From Octopus bimaculoides (lineage: Eukaryota), in contig NC_068999.1 of the NCBI RefSeq assembly GCF_001194135.2, positions 17,150,957-17,195,470 on the forward strand: 44,514 nucleotides of DNA, given 5' to 3'. A program made the position numbers and the translations under genes. Within the stretch, counting starts at the first letter, position 1, and every line of letters begins with the position of its first letter. The notes below the pieces were generated by a model. That model saw nothing but the letters and a program-made list of their open reading frames with translations. It had not been told where the DNA came from and did not search any database. Of this stretch, positions 1 to 13,686 are shown piece after piece.

Positions 1-669
1 TATATATACGCATATATGTATGTATATACATACATACATACATACATATAAAAATATATTTGTGTGTGTGTGCGTGTATGTATGTTCGTGCATGTATATA
101 TACAGAAATAATTTGAGCTCTACAATAAAAAGAGAAGCAACAAAAAGAGCAAATATACACACGAATATATTGAAAAACCCATCAAAACTAATTGTTAAGT
201 TATACATACAAATTCAATTAAACACATACCTTTATACAAATATACTCTTATATTTATCTAACTCTCTTCATGGTAATGGAAACAGAGAAATGCCTTTGTG
301 CTTATTTTTGGGTCTATAAATACGATTTCTATTTGACACCGTAACACCAAGGTAGACATTCACCACAATAATTTCTTTAAAGAGCATATTATTGCTGGAG
401 CATAAAGTTAATCACCATTTTAATCAAATTATTTTATATTCACATTCAAATAAAAATTCCGACCGCATGACTTGATATCTATTTGAACGAATACAAAGCT
501 AGCCCATTCACTCACCCTCCCTTCTGTATCTGTCTGTCTGTCTCTCTCTTCAATATATGTATCTACATAAATATATGCACACGCCTCTCTCCCACCCACG
601 ATCTTTCTGTCTCACTGTCCACACACTGAAATATACATACACACACATATCTGTGTGCATATATCTATA

Positions 670-706
<37 letters not shown>

Positions 707-3700
707 NNNNNNNNNNNNNNNNNNNNNNNNNNNNNNNNNNNNNNNNNNNNNNNNNNNNNNNNNNNNNNNNNNNNNNNNNNNNNNNNNNNNNNNNNNNNNN
801 NNNNNNNNNNNNNNNNNNNNNNNNNNNNNNNNNNNNNNNNNNNNNNNNNNNNNNNNNNNNNNNNNNNNNNNNNNNNNNNNNNNNNNNNNNNNNNNNNNNN
901 NNNNNNNNNNNNNNNNNNNNNNNNNNNNNNNNNNNNNNNNNNNNNNNNNNNNNNNNNNNNNNNNNNNNNNNNNNNNNNNNNNNNNNNNNNNNNNNNNNNN
1001 NNNNNNNNNNNNNNNNNNNNNNNNNNNNNNNNNNNNNNNNNNNNNNNNNNNNNNNNNNNNNNNNNNNNNNNNNNNNNNNNNNNNNNNNNNNNNNNNNNNN
1101 NNNNNNNNNNNNNNNNNNNNNNNNNNNNNNNNNNNNNNNNNNNNNNNNNNNNNNNNNNNNNNNNNNNNNNNNNNNNNNNNNNNNNNNNNNNNNNNNNNNN
1201 NNNNNNNNNNNNNNNNNNNNNNNNNNNNNNNNNNNNNNNNNNNNNNNNNTAGAGGGAGTTGTGCTTATAATCATAGACTTGAACGGAAATGGTAGCAACT
1301 TCTTGACTTCTTTCTAAAGACAAATATTGAATTGTATTTCACCTTTGAAAGTCATTCAAAATACAAAAATGTTAAATAAATAATCTAAAAAAAAAAGTCA
1401 TACACAAATAATAATCCTATCTCACTTTAGGATGCATAGATCACGTTAATTTTGGGAACTCTGGATTTTCATACACAGTCTCTCTCACCTTTTTCTTTTG
1501 TATATTAAACACAATGTTCTCATTGTAATAAGGTTATTATTGAAAAGATTTCCCAAACACAGAAAATTTGAAATCAAATCGCAGTGTTAGCAGACAACTA
1601 TAAGTTATATTAATTTTCTTTGATTCTGAGAATATATCAGATATTTACCGTAATAAAGCTTGTATTTAAAGCTGAATCTCATTCTAAATTACGCAATTTT
1701 CTTAATATGAAATAAAAATCTAATATGATTTAGAAATATAATTGGAAATAATTCATCATTCGTGATGACCTTTTCATACATAGATGTATTTTGTAGTTGC
1801 TTTCTATTAAAATTACGATGTTCATGCAATGCCTATGTATGTAAGTACCTGAGCTGTTAAATCTTGATTCGATATCACAATAATTTATGAACTATAAGTT
1901 TTGGCCAGTTTCAGCGCACTGTCAATAAGGCTATGACACCATGATTTCCACCTTTGGCGATGTGGAGTAAAAATTGCATTGTACAAAGTCCATTCAAGAT
2001 CACTAACGCTTTGTGTGTGTGTCTGTACTTGTGTGTGTGTTTGCGTGCGCATTTGAAAAAAATCAGACAAAATTACGTCTGATGACGTAGGATAATGTAT
2101 ACATATAATTATCATGTACGTCATTCTCCACTCCAGTAGCTAGTCTTGCTAAAAGATAACAGATAATTCTAGCGTACTTACCCCACTTGCTGCTATGCTA
2201 TTTTACATATGGTCTTCTTCACACCATACTACTACGCAACCCGCTTCCCTATGCATATTGGCACAGTCCACTCCTTTTTATATGTCCTCTTCTAACACTA
2301 GAAATTTATATGTCTATCCCACGACACATTTTTCAGTGTCTACCTGTCCTCATATTACGATGATCTTGTTTACTTTCGCTAACTTCTTTTAAACTTTACT
2401 CTCTGCCTTATGCTATTAGTAGACCAAAGTTCATTACTAAAGCTCTAGCTCATCATCTCTCCGATAAGGTTGGCAGCCTATCGTTTCCAAGGAAATGCAC
2501 CGGCTGTGCATCTATTATTGAAATAGCTGTAAAAGACGATCTGTAGCATTTCTTACTTCCTTAATTATTACGATTTGTGCTCATATGACAACACAACTCA
2601 CATTGTTAAACATATATATGCGTAATTTAACGTGATAGCCTCGTCCTAATCCTTCGCTTGTATATATTACAAAATGGAGACGCTCATAAATTTCTATATG
2701 TGATCGGCTCAAAAATTGTTAGGATATTTTCTTAACATGAAACCAATTGTAGCCTTATTACACAAATGAAGTATCTTTATCCACCTGTGTGGTTTTGAGC
2801 ACTCATTCTCATTGTTTAACATTCATGTATTTCTACACACGCGCACGCGCAATCGCAAACACACACATATTTAGAGTGCGGGTGATAGGAACCTTAATTG
2901 TACAAACAAAAGAAACAGAACTCAAAGCATCTTTATATACATCTTAAATTTTTACGATTTTTATTTTATTTATGGACGTCACGAAGAGATAGACCGAGGG
3001 ATTTGTTCATGACACTTATTAAGTTTAGTAAATAGCATGCTTGAATATCTCGGCCCTTTTCACAATATATATGTTCTGAGTCTATCTATCTATCGGTCTG
3101 TCTGTGTGTCTGAAATACATACATAAAATGTATGTATAATGTGTATGTGTGTATCAACTTCCTGCATATTTGTTGGGATAATCGGAAATTATATACCTTC
3201 AGAAATCTCGCATAATATTCAGACGAATAATTGCATAAAATCCGGCTGAAGTCCCCTATGTATTAGACCTTTAACAAGCGCTTTCGTTTGTTACAGTTTT
3301 ACCAGAATTTGGACCAATAATTAAAAGCTATATTGGTTCAATCGTTTTAGATTAGATTCATGGTTTTCTAACACCTTCAGGTTATGGATGTAACTTTGAC
3401 AAAATACACTTAGCGCTGGAAAGATAAATGCACCAATATTGGCATAAGGTCGCTCCCACTGAACCACAGGAAATATCTTAGATATTTTACAAGACACTGC
3501 ACACATCAATGATGATAATTCGTAACTTCTAACGTTTTTTCCTTGCTTTTATTTTTTGAGATGGTATTGTTGTATTTGCATATACTGAGATTTACTGAAA
3601 TAATCTAATCAATAAATTAAGCAATTGCTGATTAACTATTGTAGAATCATGATGAATGTAACAACGTTTAGACTGAATGGCAAAAGATGTGCAAGAGAAA

Positions 3701-5122
3701 ATGTATGTGGTACTGAATGAACTACTCACTTTGCTACATTTCAAAATATTAACGTGGCACTCCTAATTAAAGTTCTGATCAAAATATTTACGCACATATC
3801 AAACACATAATGTCCGAAAGATGTGTAAATTCTCGTAAATGAATAATTTGAATAGCAATTCATACTTTTTTCCCATATAAAATGTAAGCTGAAGGGACAA
3901 TCAAGGAATACAAGTTTCTTATTGTTATCACTCGAGAAAAAAAAACAGAAACGACGTTCTAATGCCTTTAATAATGTAATTAACTAACTGATCGAGGTAA
4001 ACAATCTAGTTCTCTTTGAAGAGATACCTGCAGTATTTCTGCTTAAATCGATACTGCATAAGTTGAATGTATTGTGATTTTTCATATCAGAAATGTGTGA
4101 GCTATTAAGAGCTTGATTTATTGCGAAGCGTTGGAAGGTAAACTCAATGTCATCCGTTTTAGCATTGGGTAAATCTCTTGGGTAACTTTAGTAGAGTACT
4201 TAAGTGACATTAGTGATGATTCGAGTTATACCTCCGGTCTAGATACAACTTTCTTCCCATCCATTCGACCATCAATTCTGAAATCCATGAACGTTGTCAT
4301 AAGTTCTGCTGTTCTTCCTCAGACTAATCTGTTTAACTTGAGTACAAATTTACTCCATTCACAATATAATGCATAAGACATATTTCACAAATAATTAATG
4401 ATTTAACTTTGTAAGCAGCTGTTTCATTAGAATTAACATACTTATGTAATGATGGTTCATAATTAATTTAAAAGTGATATTCACCCAGTTCGGCAGGAGA
4501 AAAAATGATGATGAGGAAGTAGTTACTTAAATACAAACAATACAGAGCGAAATTATATATCACCTGCATGTGATTAAGATGTATTGCACCTCTGTGTATA
4601 TTGAGTTTTAAAGTTCATGGTAATTATGACTCCTTTTACTGCATCCCATTTTCCTTCCATCTCTCCTGCAATCAGCTTGAACAGGGCATAGATTCTTGTC
4701 ATGTTTGAATAACTGAAATTTTGTCGACGAAAATGAACATACATAACGTCATAATCAAAAAGGAGTCTATTGATAGACTATAACGTTTTACTATAAGATA
4801 TCTATAAATGGTTTTCTCCGATAGTTCAATAATTAAGCTCACTTGTATATTTATTGGGGTTAATTTCATAATGTGTAAGTAATGTTTGCATTAAACTGCA
4901 TACTTCATTGAATACAATAAATCACTGGGAATAACAGAATGACAGAAGTGAATGAGCGAGAGAGAGGAAAGAGGGAGGGAGAGAGAGAGAGAGAGAGAGT
5001 GAAAAGCAGAAAGAAAGAGAGAGTTTAGACAAGAAGGAAAGAGTTGGAATGTAACAAGTAGATGAAAGGGAGAAAGATTAGTTTAGAGACTATGTTTCTC
5101 TAAGCGTTGAGTTTTCAGTAAG

Positions 5123-5310
5123 TGTTATTTCTGAAGCTACTGCTGTCTAGCACCTTCGGATGATCTCTACTCAACGGCTACACGACGGCTATATAAATAC
5201 AGGTAGTCTGGCCGTGGTAGAGGGGTTGAGTAACTGTTGAATAGCCGTCGTGTAGCGATTGAGTAGAGATCATCCGAAGGTGCTAGGTAACAGTAGCTTG
5301 AGACATTACA
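5123..5310. mobile_element. 188-bp fold-back MITE-like element with TG...CA ends and 5-bp target-site duplication (GTAAG)
   Basis: Arms 5135-5192 and 5241-5298 are reverse complements at 53/58 positions. Looser pairing extends to the termini (TGTTATTTCTGA versus the reverse complement of TGAGACATTACA). GTAAG flanks both sides (5118-5122, 5311-5315). No ORF. Confidence 0.8.
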
Positions 5311-5930
5311 GTAAGGCTTTATTAGACAAAGAAAGGAGGTTCTATCAAGTAATTCTATAATGAAATACTAACAAAAATCCAACCCGTTGCCTTAGAAATT
5401 AGTAAGAAGGACAGACTGCGCCATTGCAATGTCTTAGTTGATAAAACTGCTCAATCATGGCTGAATAAAGTTACGTTACATAAAACTTCTTTGTATTCAA
5501 ACTTTTAATACTCAGATGGATTTGACATAGTTTATAGAGATTTAAACGATTTTCAATCATGCAGATTAAATTTAAATTAGAATCCGGTGTAAATAATATT
5601 CTCTATCTTATTCTCATCAGATAAAACAACGACGTGTTCTGACTGTCATATGATATTTTGTAGACGACGGATCTATTCTCATAACTAAAAACAAACCCAA
5701 CAAAACAAACAGAAAACAACAACAAAACAAAAAACAACATAAAACCTATATTTATAAAAAGATAGGCATCATGTTTTCATATACGTCTAATCAATTTATC
5801 AAAAGACATTACTTCCGTCTGAAATTAAATACGAAGTAACCATCTGATTATTCCGATCGAATTATTAGATTATCGATTCATGTATATATTTACATTCATA
5901 AAATGTTAAATGTTTTTGCCTACATACATG

Positions 5931-5942
<12 letters not shown>

Positions 5943-5983
<41 letters not shown>
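5943..5983. repeat. (TG)n microsatellite followed by a TA/TG/CA low-complexity tract to ~6300
   Basis: Seen directly. Confidence 0.97.
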
Positions 5984-5988
<5 letters not shown>

Positions 5989-6977
5989 AGCGTGTGTGTG
6001 TATTTATCTATATATATTTATATATATAAAATATACATATAGTTATAGGAGGGTGTGTATATACAGGCATATATATGTGTGTGTATATATATATGTATAT
6101 ATATGTATACATACATGCATATATATGTATACATACATGCATATATATATATATATATATGGACACATGCGTAAATATGCATATATATACTTATATGTGT
6201 GCGTATGTTTGTGTATGTGTCTAAGTTTTTGCGTATCTGCATTTGCATGTATGTATATAGATGTGTGTTTGTGCCTGTTTTTATTTTCTACAAAGATATG
6301 TGTGAGTGCTTGTTTGGTGCAAGAGTCTGTGTGCCTAACTGATTACGTACACACTCTCCCCGCATACTTCTTTCTTTCTTTCTTTCTTTCTCTCTCACAC
6401 AGACATGCACTTATATGTGTGTGTGCAACTGTATTTGTGTATAAAATTATATTTACATTAAGAATGAAGCAATAGCTTAGAGGAATATAGATAAACTAAA
6501 CAAATAACAATAAGTGCATACATTTGACAGAATTGTAATACATATAAAATTAAAAGAGAAATTATTTATCAATTAAGCAATATTGTGATACGAGAAAAAA
6601 TATATGCATATAAATACATACACACATGTATATGTACATTGATACGCACATGCACAAATGTATAGATCTAAAAATATGTGTAAAAAATTCTAAGTCTAAC
6701 TAGCAATTGATATTAATACAGCCGATTTAATATCCGGGGAAAAAAAATTTACTTCTCAATCAATCATATTTAAAATGGCAAAAACCAAATGAGAGAATAA
6801 AGAAAGAAGGTATTATTACTTTATTTAAGTACATTATTATCAATTTGATAATATCAAATAAAAAGGAAATATTCTTTTGGCAAAGGGGAAAAATCATTGT
6901 GATTTCAGAAAAAAAAAGAGAAAACGAGCGAAAAAACAAAAATCAAAAAGAAAAATTGCATACATATATGCTTGTAT

Positions 6978-7008
<31 letters not shown>

Positions 7009-10000
7009 AACACACACGCACAAATATATGGTTATATGTGTGAGAGTGTGTGTGCTTATAATTGCATATAGAATACAAAGCATTGATTTTTGCGTACGAG
7101 CATGCAACTGTGTGCTGAGGAGGTTAAATAGACGTCGCGTATGAAGTGCTGTCTCTATTGGTGTATGGGAGTAATGAAATGTAGTTAAATCATAGAAATT
7201 AATATTATCTATGTAAATGTCGATTGAAATTATCGAATATGGAAGAACAAAAAAAAAATTGATATATAATAATGATAAAATATGAAGCATAAATATGAAA
7301 ATGAATCAACAAAATATAATAAATACATAAAAAAGACAGTTAATTGAAGACCATAATATATGTACTTCCTTGAATCATATCAGACTTGAGTTAAAAATGG
7401 CCGAACTCTTTAGGTAGATTAGTTCCAGATGCAAGCACGGAAAACTTATAGTATGTATATATGCATGTACATTTATGTAAGATAATATCCGTATACACAC
7501 ACACACATATACATGTATATATACATACGCACACATGTATACATATANNNNNNNNNNNNNNNNNNNNNNNNNNNNNNNNNNNNNNNNNNNNNNNNNNNNN
7601 NNNNNNNNNNNNNNNNNNNNNNNNNNNNNNNNNNNNNNNNNNNNNNNNNNNNNNNNNNNNNNNNNNNNNNNNNNNNNNNNNNNNNNNNNNNNNNNNNNNN
7701 NNNNNNNNNNNNNNNNNNNNNNNNNNNNNNNNNNNNNNNNNNNNNNNNNNNNNNNNNNNNNNNNNNNNNNNNNNNNNNNNNNNNNNNNNNNNNNNNNNNN
7801 NNNNNNNNNNNNNNNNNNNNNNNNAATATTTGTGCATATATAGCTATGCTGTTACACCCCCCAATCCATATATACACATACACACACATATACACACAAA
7901 CCCACACGCACCTATATGTTCAACTTTAGAGCATATATATATCTATATAAACGTATACGCTTACTCTTTCTTATCTCTAGGTATACCGATATTTAAACAT
8001 ATACACATACACACACACAGCTTTCATTATTCATGCTTATCAATGCGTTATCCATTTTACGAAATTGAATGTGCGGAATTTTGCTGTTGTTGATTATTGA
8101 ACAAGAGTGGATTAGAAGTCTAATTTGTGATATAAAGCATATTGAAAGGTTTTAGGTTATATAACATAGGGATGTGGTTCATTAAGAGTTAAGAGCCTTA
8201 AATAAGGGCTTTGATCTCATTGTTCCCTTTGATCTGAAAGTATGCTAATAATTATATTATTCTCATATACGCGTAACAGTCACTCCACAAATTCAAAATA
8301 ACACTTCTCTTTACTCTTTCTCTTTCATGCATAGATTCTAAACCTTAAGCATACACAAACTATCGGAAGTAATATTGTTTAGCTTCATGCATTAATGTAA
8401 AATTCATATCACTCCATTGAAACTCTTTCTATTATCTTGTTCTCTCTGCAAAATTGTACACTTTCATCTGCACATGCGCATATAGGCATGCCCACACATG
8501 TATATGTATGAATTTGCATGCATATTTAATGGATAAGCATTCGTGTGAAGGCACACACATTAAATCATCACGCGCATACATGCCTGCATGTTTTAATGCC
8601 TTCAGATATGCAACGGAGACCCATTGTGCATGATTGTAATCACTATATATATATGTAAATACAGAATCACACGCAAATATTACACAAACACACTCATGCG
8701 TGTGCACATATGTGTGTGTGTGTGTGTGCGTGTGTGTGTGTGTGCGTGTGTGTGTGTGTGCGTGCGTGTGTGTGTGTGCGTGCGTGTGTGTGTATTCGCA
8801 AACACACACACACACACAAACATGCACAATATCCTGATGTTAATAAGCTACTACTTAAAGCCTTCAAACATAAATTCTACATAGTGAATTGATAGTCTGT
8901 TGGTGTTTCTGTTGAAAGAAAAAGTTACTTTCTATACTGTTAATGCCTATTTAGCTGAGGATTAGCGGGGTTATGGTTTCTCAGAATATATACACTATCA
9001 TTCCAAAAATCATTCTACTGATGTTCTATGACCACACTGTTATTTTCTTTTTATATCTTTCATATAGTCTCAGATTGTCCCTGAACTAGCTCACATATGA
9101 AGAAAGAGTTACAATCAAGAGCTTCCAGAACTTTTTTAAAATGTATAAAAATTATGCAAAAGAAATATTTTTCGTGTGTGTTTCAATAATTAATTGGATT
9201 AACTTTGATTAATTTTCAATAGTGAATTTTGTGTGTGATTTGGGAAAATTTTGGCTGTTATTTCTAACTTAACGGACAAGCAAGTTCAAGCCGATGCTCC
9301 AGTTTTGGCACTTTTATTATCGTGTAATTATGTTATTTTGCTCCACAGACAAGAACATATGCCAAAATGTTTTATTTTTCTGTGTTGCTGTTTTTTTTTT
9401 TATCACTATTGGAGATGAAATTTAATATTTGATTTATGAGATTATTTTTGTCTTATTTTTCATGTTTTTAGTTGTTTCCACTTGGAAGGGCATGATTTAT
9501 ACTATACTATAGCATACTGCAGCGTATAAACAACGCGTATATACATACTAGTACACGTAGGTATACATGCATACCTGTAAATAAAAACATGTATGTATAT
9601 ACAAATGTATATGTATTAATATGTGTGTGTGTGTGTGTGCTTGTGTGTATATTTACATTTATACACATATATAGAGACACACAGTCATAGACGCATACCT
9701 ATTTATGCACTCATATATACATACGTATATATGTGCTTATACATGTATGTGTGTGTACGTGTGTTAATATGTATGTGCTTTCGTATATATATATATATAT
9801 ATATATACGGCCAAAGAACGTATATATGTCTTGAGTTTCTTTCATTCATTGCGTCTATGGCCTTAAAGATGGAGCATAGTTACGTATACATAAATATATT
9901 CCTATAGACGCACACAGGCAAGCACATGGGTGTATTTAACACAGAATACTACGAGGCTAATGAATTGTGAATGGGCACATACATAAATTTATAAAATTAA

Positions 10001-11297
10001 AATTGATATTGTAAAAATAACATCTCATACAAAGCTTTCCTGCGTAGGGTACAGCTAAGCTGAAGCAAAATATAATGGACATCTTTCCCATTAACATATT
10101 AGCTATATTTATCAAAATTACTGCCAACGTTTTAAACAATTCAACAATGGGTAGTTGTCAGCAATGCTTCTTAGGTCTTCATTGGCTCTAATGGAGTATA
10201 CCGTGCTCCAAATACATTCTAACTGTAACAATATCGACTTGTTTATATTTGTAAGGAATCTCAGGACATATAAAATTAGGACCTTTATCATACCGGGTAC
10301 TGTGAATTCAGAACGATTTGGTGGCTACTTGTAACAAATGTCTCGTTCGCACACAACCACCTTGCGCAGATCTCTTCGTGATTACTCAAATAAATTTTTT
10401 GTTACATATCAGCCCGATTTTTTTCTCAAATCACAGGCTGTTAGCATATAAAGTCAGGGACACATAAGATAATGCGTTGTTGGTGAGAAACACGAGGATG
10501 ACACATAACTGGTATAACTTTGGTCATAAATTCTCCGATTCAGAGATGTAGTCCAAATCCTAATTATATTGGATAATATACTCTTCTATATATTGTGTAA
10601 AAATATGTTAAAATGGCCAATGCTGGAGAGGAGTCCCCGTCATAAATTTACATAATCTGAATTGGTATTGAAATTTTTAAAAATCACATATTTTAAAATT
10701 CAGTTTTTATGGAAAGCAAGAATACTAAACACAAACTTAATTCAAGTAATTTATCTGTCTGTAATAATTAAAAATCACTGTTTATCGTAGACAGATTTTA
10801 AGCAAATAAAATTAAAATAATATTCGAATTAATCTCACACCTTCAGCTATATGGTTGGGTCAAATAGGTTATCTTAAAAAGACCATTGTTTTTTTTTAAA
10901 AACATACCCTATTTTAGTTGAATGATCTGAGAAGAGTAATCTCTGAGAATGTGTTTCAAAAAATAATATATATAAAGAAAACAAATATCTTTATTTAGAA
11001 TTCTTCTCCTTCGTGAAACAAACATGATTTGAAGAATGCTCTAATTTCCTTAAAACCGCTGGCGCTTTGTATTTTGAGACAAAAAATAAACCGAAAGAAT
11101 ATAAACCTTTAAGGTATTTGTTTTGGCGTAAAAGAAAACAAAAGAATTTGTTGCACCGAAAATATTCCACTCAAAATACCCCGCCCAAGAAACACATGCC
11201 ATGTTTTTCTTCATTATCAAACTGTCTGTTATATATATATATGCGCGTGCGTTGTGTGTCTGTGTTTGTGTATACATACATATATATGTGTGCGCGC

Positions 11298-11300
<3 letters not shown>

Positions 11301-11391
<91 letters not shown>
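11301..11391. repeat. (TA)n microsatellite, ~45 units
   Basis: Seen directly. Many shorter (TA)n tracts occur throughout, often at gap edges. Confidence 0.98.
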
Positions 11392-11394
<3 letters not shown>

Positions 11395-12748
11395 CAAGTA
11401 ATCTGGAAGACATTCATTTGATAATAAAACTGAACGACTTTGCTTGAGGAAAGCATGCACTGTTCTACTGAATATCAAGGTACAAAATTGCATTTTTTTC
11501 CAACAACCTTGAATGACCTTTTTAGTATAACAAAACTACTTGAAAGAAGGTATAATTATGCCTTGACATGAATTCCGTTAGTCCAACTGATTGTGTATTT
11601 AATTTATAACTTTCATGTCCTCTCTATCTTTGAGTTATATTTGTCAGATAAAAATAGTTCAGCAGAAGCAGGAGAGGATGTTTGCGAATATAATGCTATC
11701 TCTTTCACTGATGTATAATTCTACTTTTGTGAAGTACTGTAGTCTTCCTTCGTTTAACAGAATTCCCCAAGTAAAACAAATGTCTCTCTGTTGCAAATAC
11801 ACTAGTGGAGAGTGAGATGGAGAGAGAGAGAAGAGGGAGGGAGGGAGGGAGAGGGAGTTGATTCACATTATTCGGACTGTTTTATAGTAATTAATATTAA
11901 TCCCATTGATTCATATGTATCTCAACTGTGACGACCTAATCTTTCATCATATTTGCTTGTACAGTGTAAGTAGAAAAGAAACTTTTGAATCAATAATGTT
12001 CTCTTCTCTGTACCTTTTGATATTGAGTCTAGGGAAAAAAATTAAATGTTTCCGTTGTATTATTTTATCGCTCTTTAGTCTGAAGCCTAATGGTAGGGGA
12101 TAAGGAATGAACATTTTTCACATCATCATCTAATGTTGTTCAATGATACAACAGAGTGCTATACAACCATAGGGTACTATTTAATCTGAAATCACAGGGG
12201 CATTAAAATGCAACGGGAAAGAGCAAAATGAAAACAGCGTCTTATACCACTGTTCTTTGTGATACATTATGGTACATCCCAACATGCCGTTTTTAATAGG
12301 ACGTATCTATTGTTTAACGGTTCGGTTTATCTCATAATCATTCGAAAATTGGAAGGATGGCCACATCAGGAATGTATTCAATCGTGGACGGATGGTTAAG
12401 AGATTACTTTAGGCTAAAGGACACCAACTACCACCAACGTCAGTTAAGAGACACACATCATATCTTAGTTGGAATATAATTGTCTGAATACAAGATAGGT
12501 TTGTCAAACATGGATATGTCTTTAATCATAGACTTCTTAAATCAAAGCCGCAACGAGACAATAAAACAGTGACACTTCACTAGAAAATTCAATTGAGCCA
12601 ATGCCAAAGGCTGGAAATAACGAGTGAGAACCTTACGGAAGTGTTTGATATGTCAGAAATAACAGCGAAATCTTCAAATAAGATGCACTTAAAAATGCAT
12701 CACATTAGATAGTATAGACCTGAATAACGTTGTGATGATCCAAGATAG

Positions 12749-13062
12749 AGTTCCCATGACCCTATGTCTGCACAGCCAGGGCTACCTAGAGTTAAATATC
12801 CCCAAATCGAACTCAGTATGTTTTAATGCAGTTGAGTGTTACTTAAGATATGATAATGTTTGTAATAGACATAGAACGTATTCGACTATATTTAACTCTA
12901 GCAACATACTGAAGTACCAATATTCCGCTCTAAGATAAATAAATGATTTATTCTAATATTTCAGATGATGATAAGAAACTACTCAAGGAAATTTATTATC
13001 AATATGTTTCCCATGACATCACTTATCAATCTCATAGCAATGGAAATCACATTGACACGTAG
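12749..13062 (+). CDS. Tentative two-exon coding segment of unknown identity (12749/12764-12815 joined to 12965-13058/13062)
   Basis: Donor A|GTATGT at 12816, acceptor TTCTAATATTTCAG| ending at 12964, second donor-like GTAGGT at 13059. The spliced frame reads MSAQPGLPRVKYPQIELNDDKKLLKEIYYQYVSHDITYQSHSNGNHIDT*. No family recognised; could be chance. Confidence 0.25.
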
Positions 13063-13504
13063 GTCGATAGGAACCAACTCAATTTTGATCCATCGCTGAA
13101 AGGTAGCGTTCCGATAGCAAAAGCTATATTAGTTTCCAAGTATTATAAATAATATATTGCATCTTTTATATTCAGCAAAATATAAAAACATACAAAATTA
13201 TGTTGATCATATATCGTATATATGTCATAATCAAATGTAAAGCATGTTATTGGTGATAGTAAAACAAGACACCTACGGGTTTTTAACACATCTGAACTAC
13301 AAGATATTACTTCTGTGTTTGTCAAATTGATATTCATGAAGATGTTCTTAAAATTCAATATGTTGAATGTGTGCAATCTCGCCGAAAGAATGACTCGTAA
13401 ACTAGCAGTGACATTACACGATATTGAGTAGAGGAACTCACGTGAACTCAACGGCTAAAGGTAGAGGGTTTTCGAATTATATTGTTGCTAGAAAGACGAC
13501 GGCA

Positions 13505-13686
13505 GACACTCTGAAGAGTACCATTTTCGAGAGACGATCATCAGGCATCTTGATAACGTGCCCGACCCATTCTAAAAAACGACGTTGGATGAAGGCTTCA
13601 GCCCTGGAGATTTCTGCTTGCTGGAGAATTTTTGTGAGTGGGGGGCTTATCTTTCCAAGTAATGCGTAAAATTCCTTGGAGAAAAT
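13505..13686 (-). mobile_element. RTE-clade LINE fragment, C-terminal region downstream of the RT domain; truncated by an N-gap
   Basis: Two minus frames join across one frameshift: FLQGILRITWKDK..KILQQAEISRAEAFIQRRFLEWVGHVIKMPDDRLSKMVLF. This matches the RTE pattern LR.IL.I.W.DK...EVL......LRW.GHV.RM.D.R.PK..L. Confidence 0.85.

Noticed and set aside
2072-2090. TACGTCTGATGACGTA palindrome containing CTGATGA
   Set aside because: No GAAA or stem arrangement for a hammerhead; too short to be meaningful.
3280-3430. Two plus-strand acceptor-like sites with short peptides (LPEFGPIIKSYI / GYGCNFDKIHLALER*)
   Set aside because: Joining them needs a ~45-nt intron with a poor donor, and all frames close quickly.
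5135-5298. Canonical microRNA or rho-independent terminator
   Set aside because: The stem and loop are too long for a typical pre-miRNA, I recognised no conserved mature miRNA, and the TSD points to a transposon. The context is eukaryotic.
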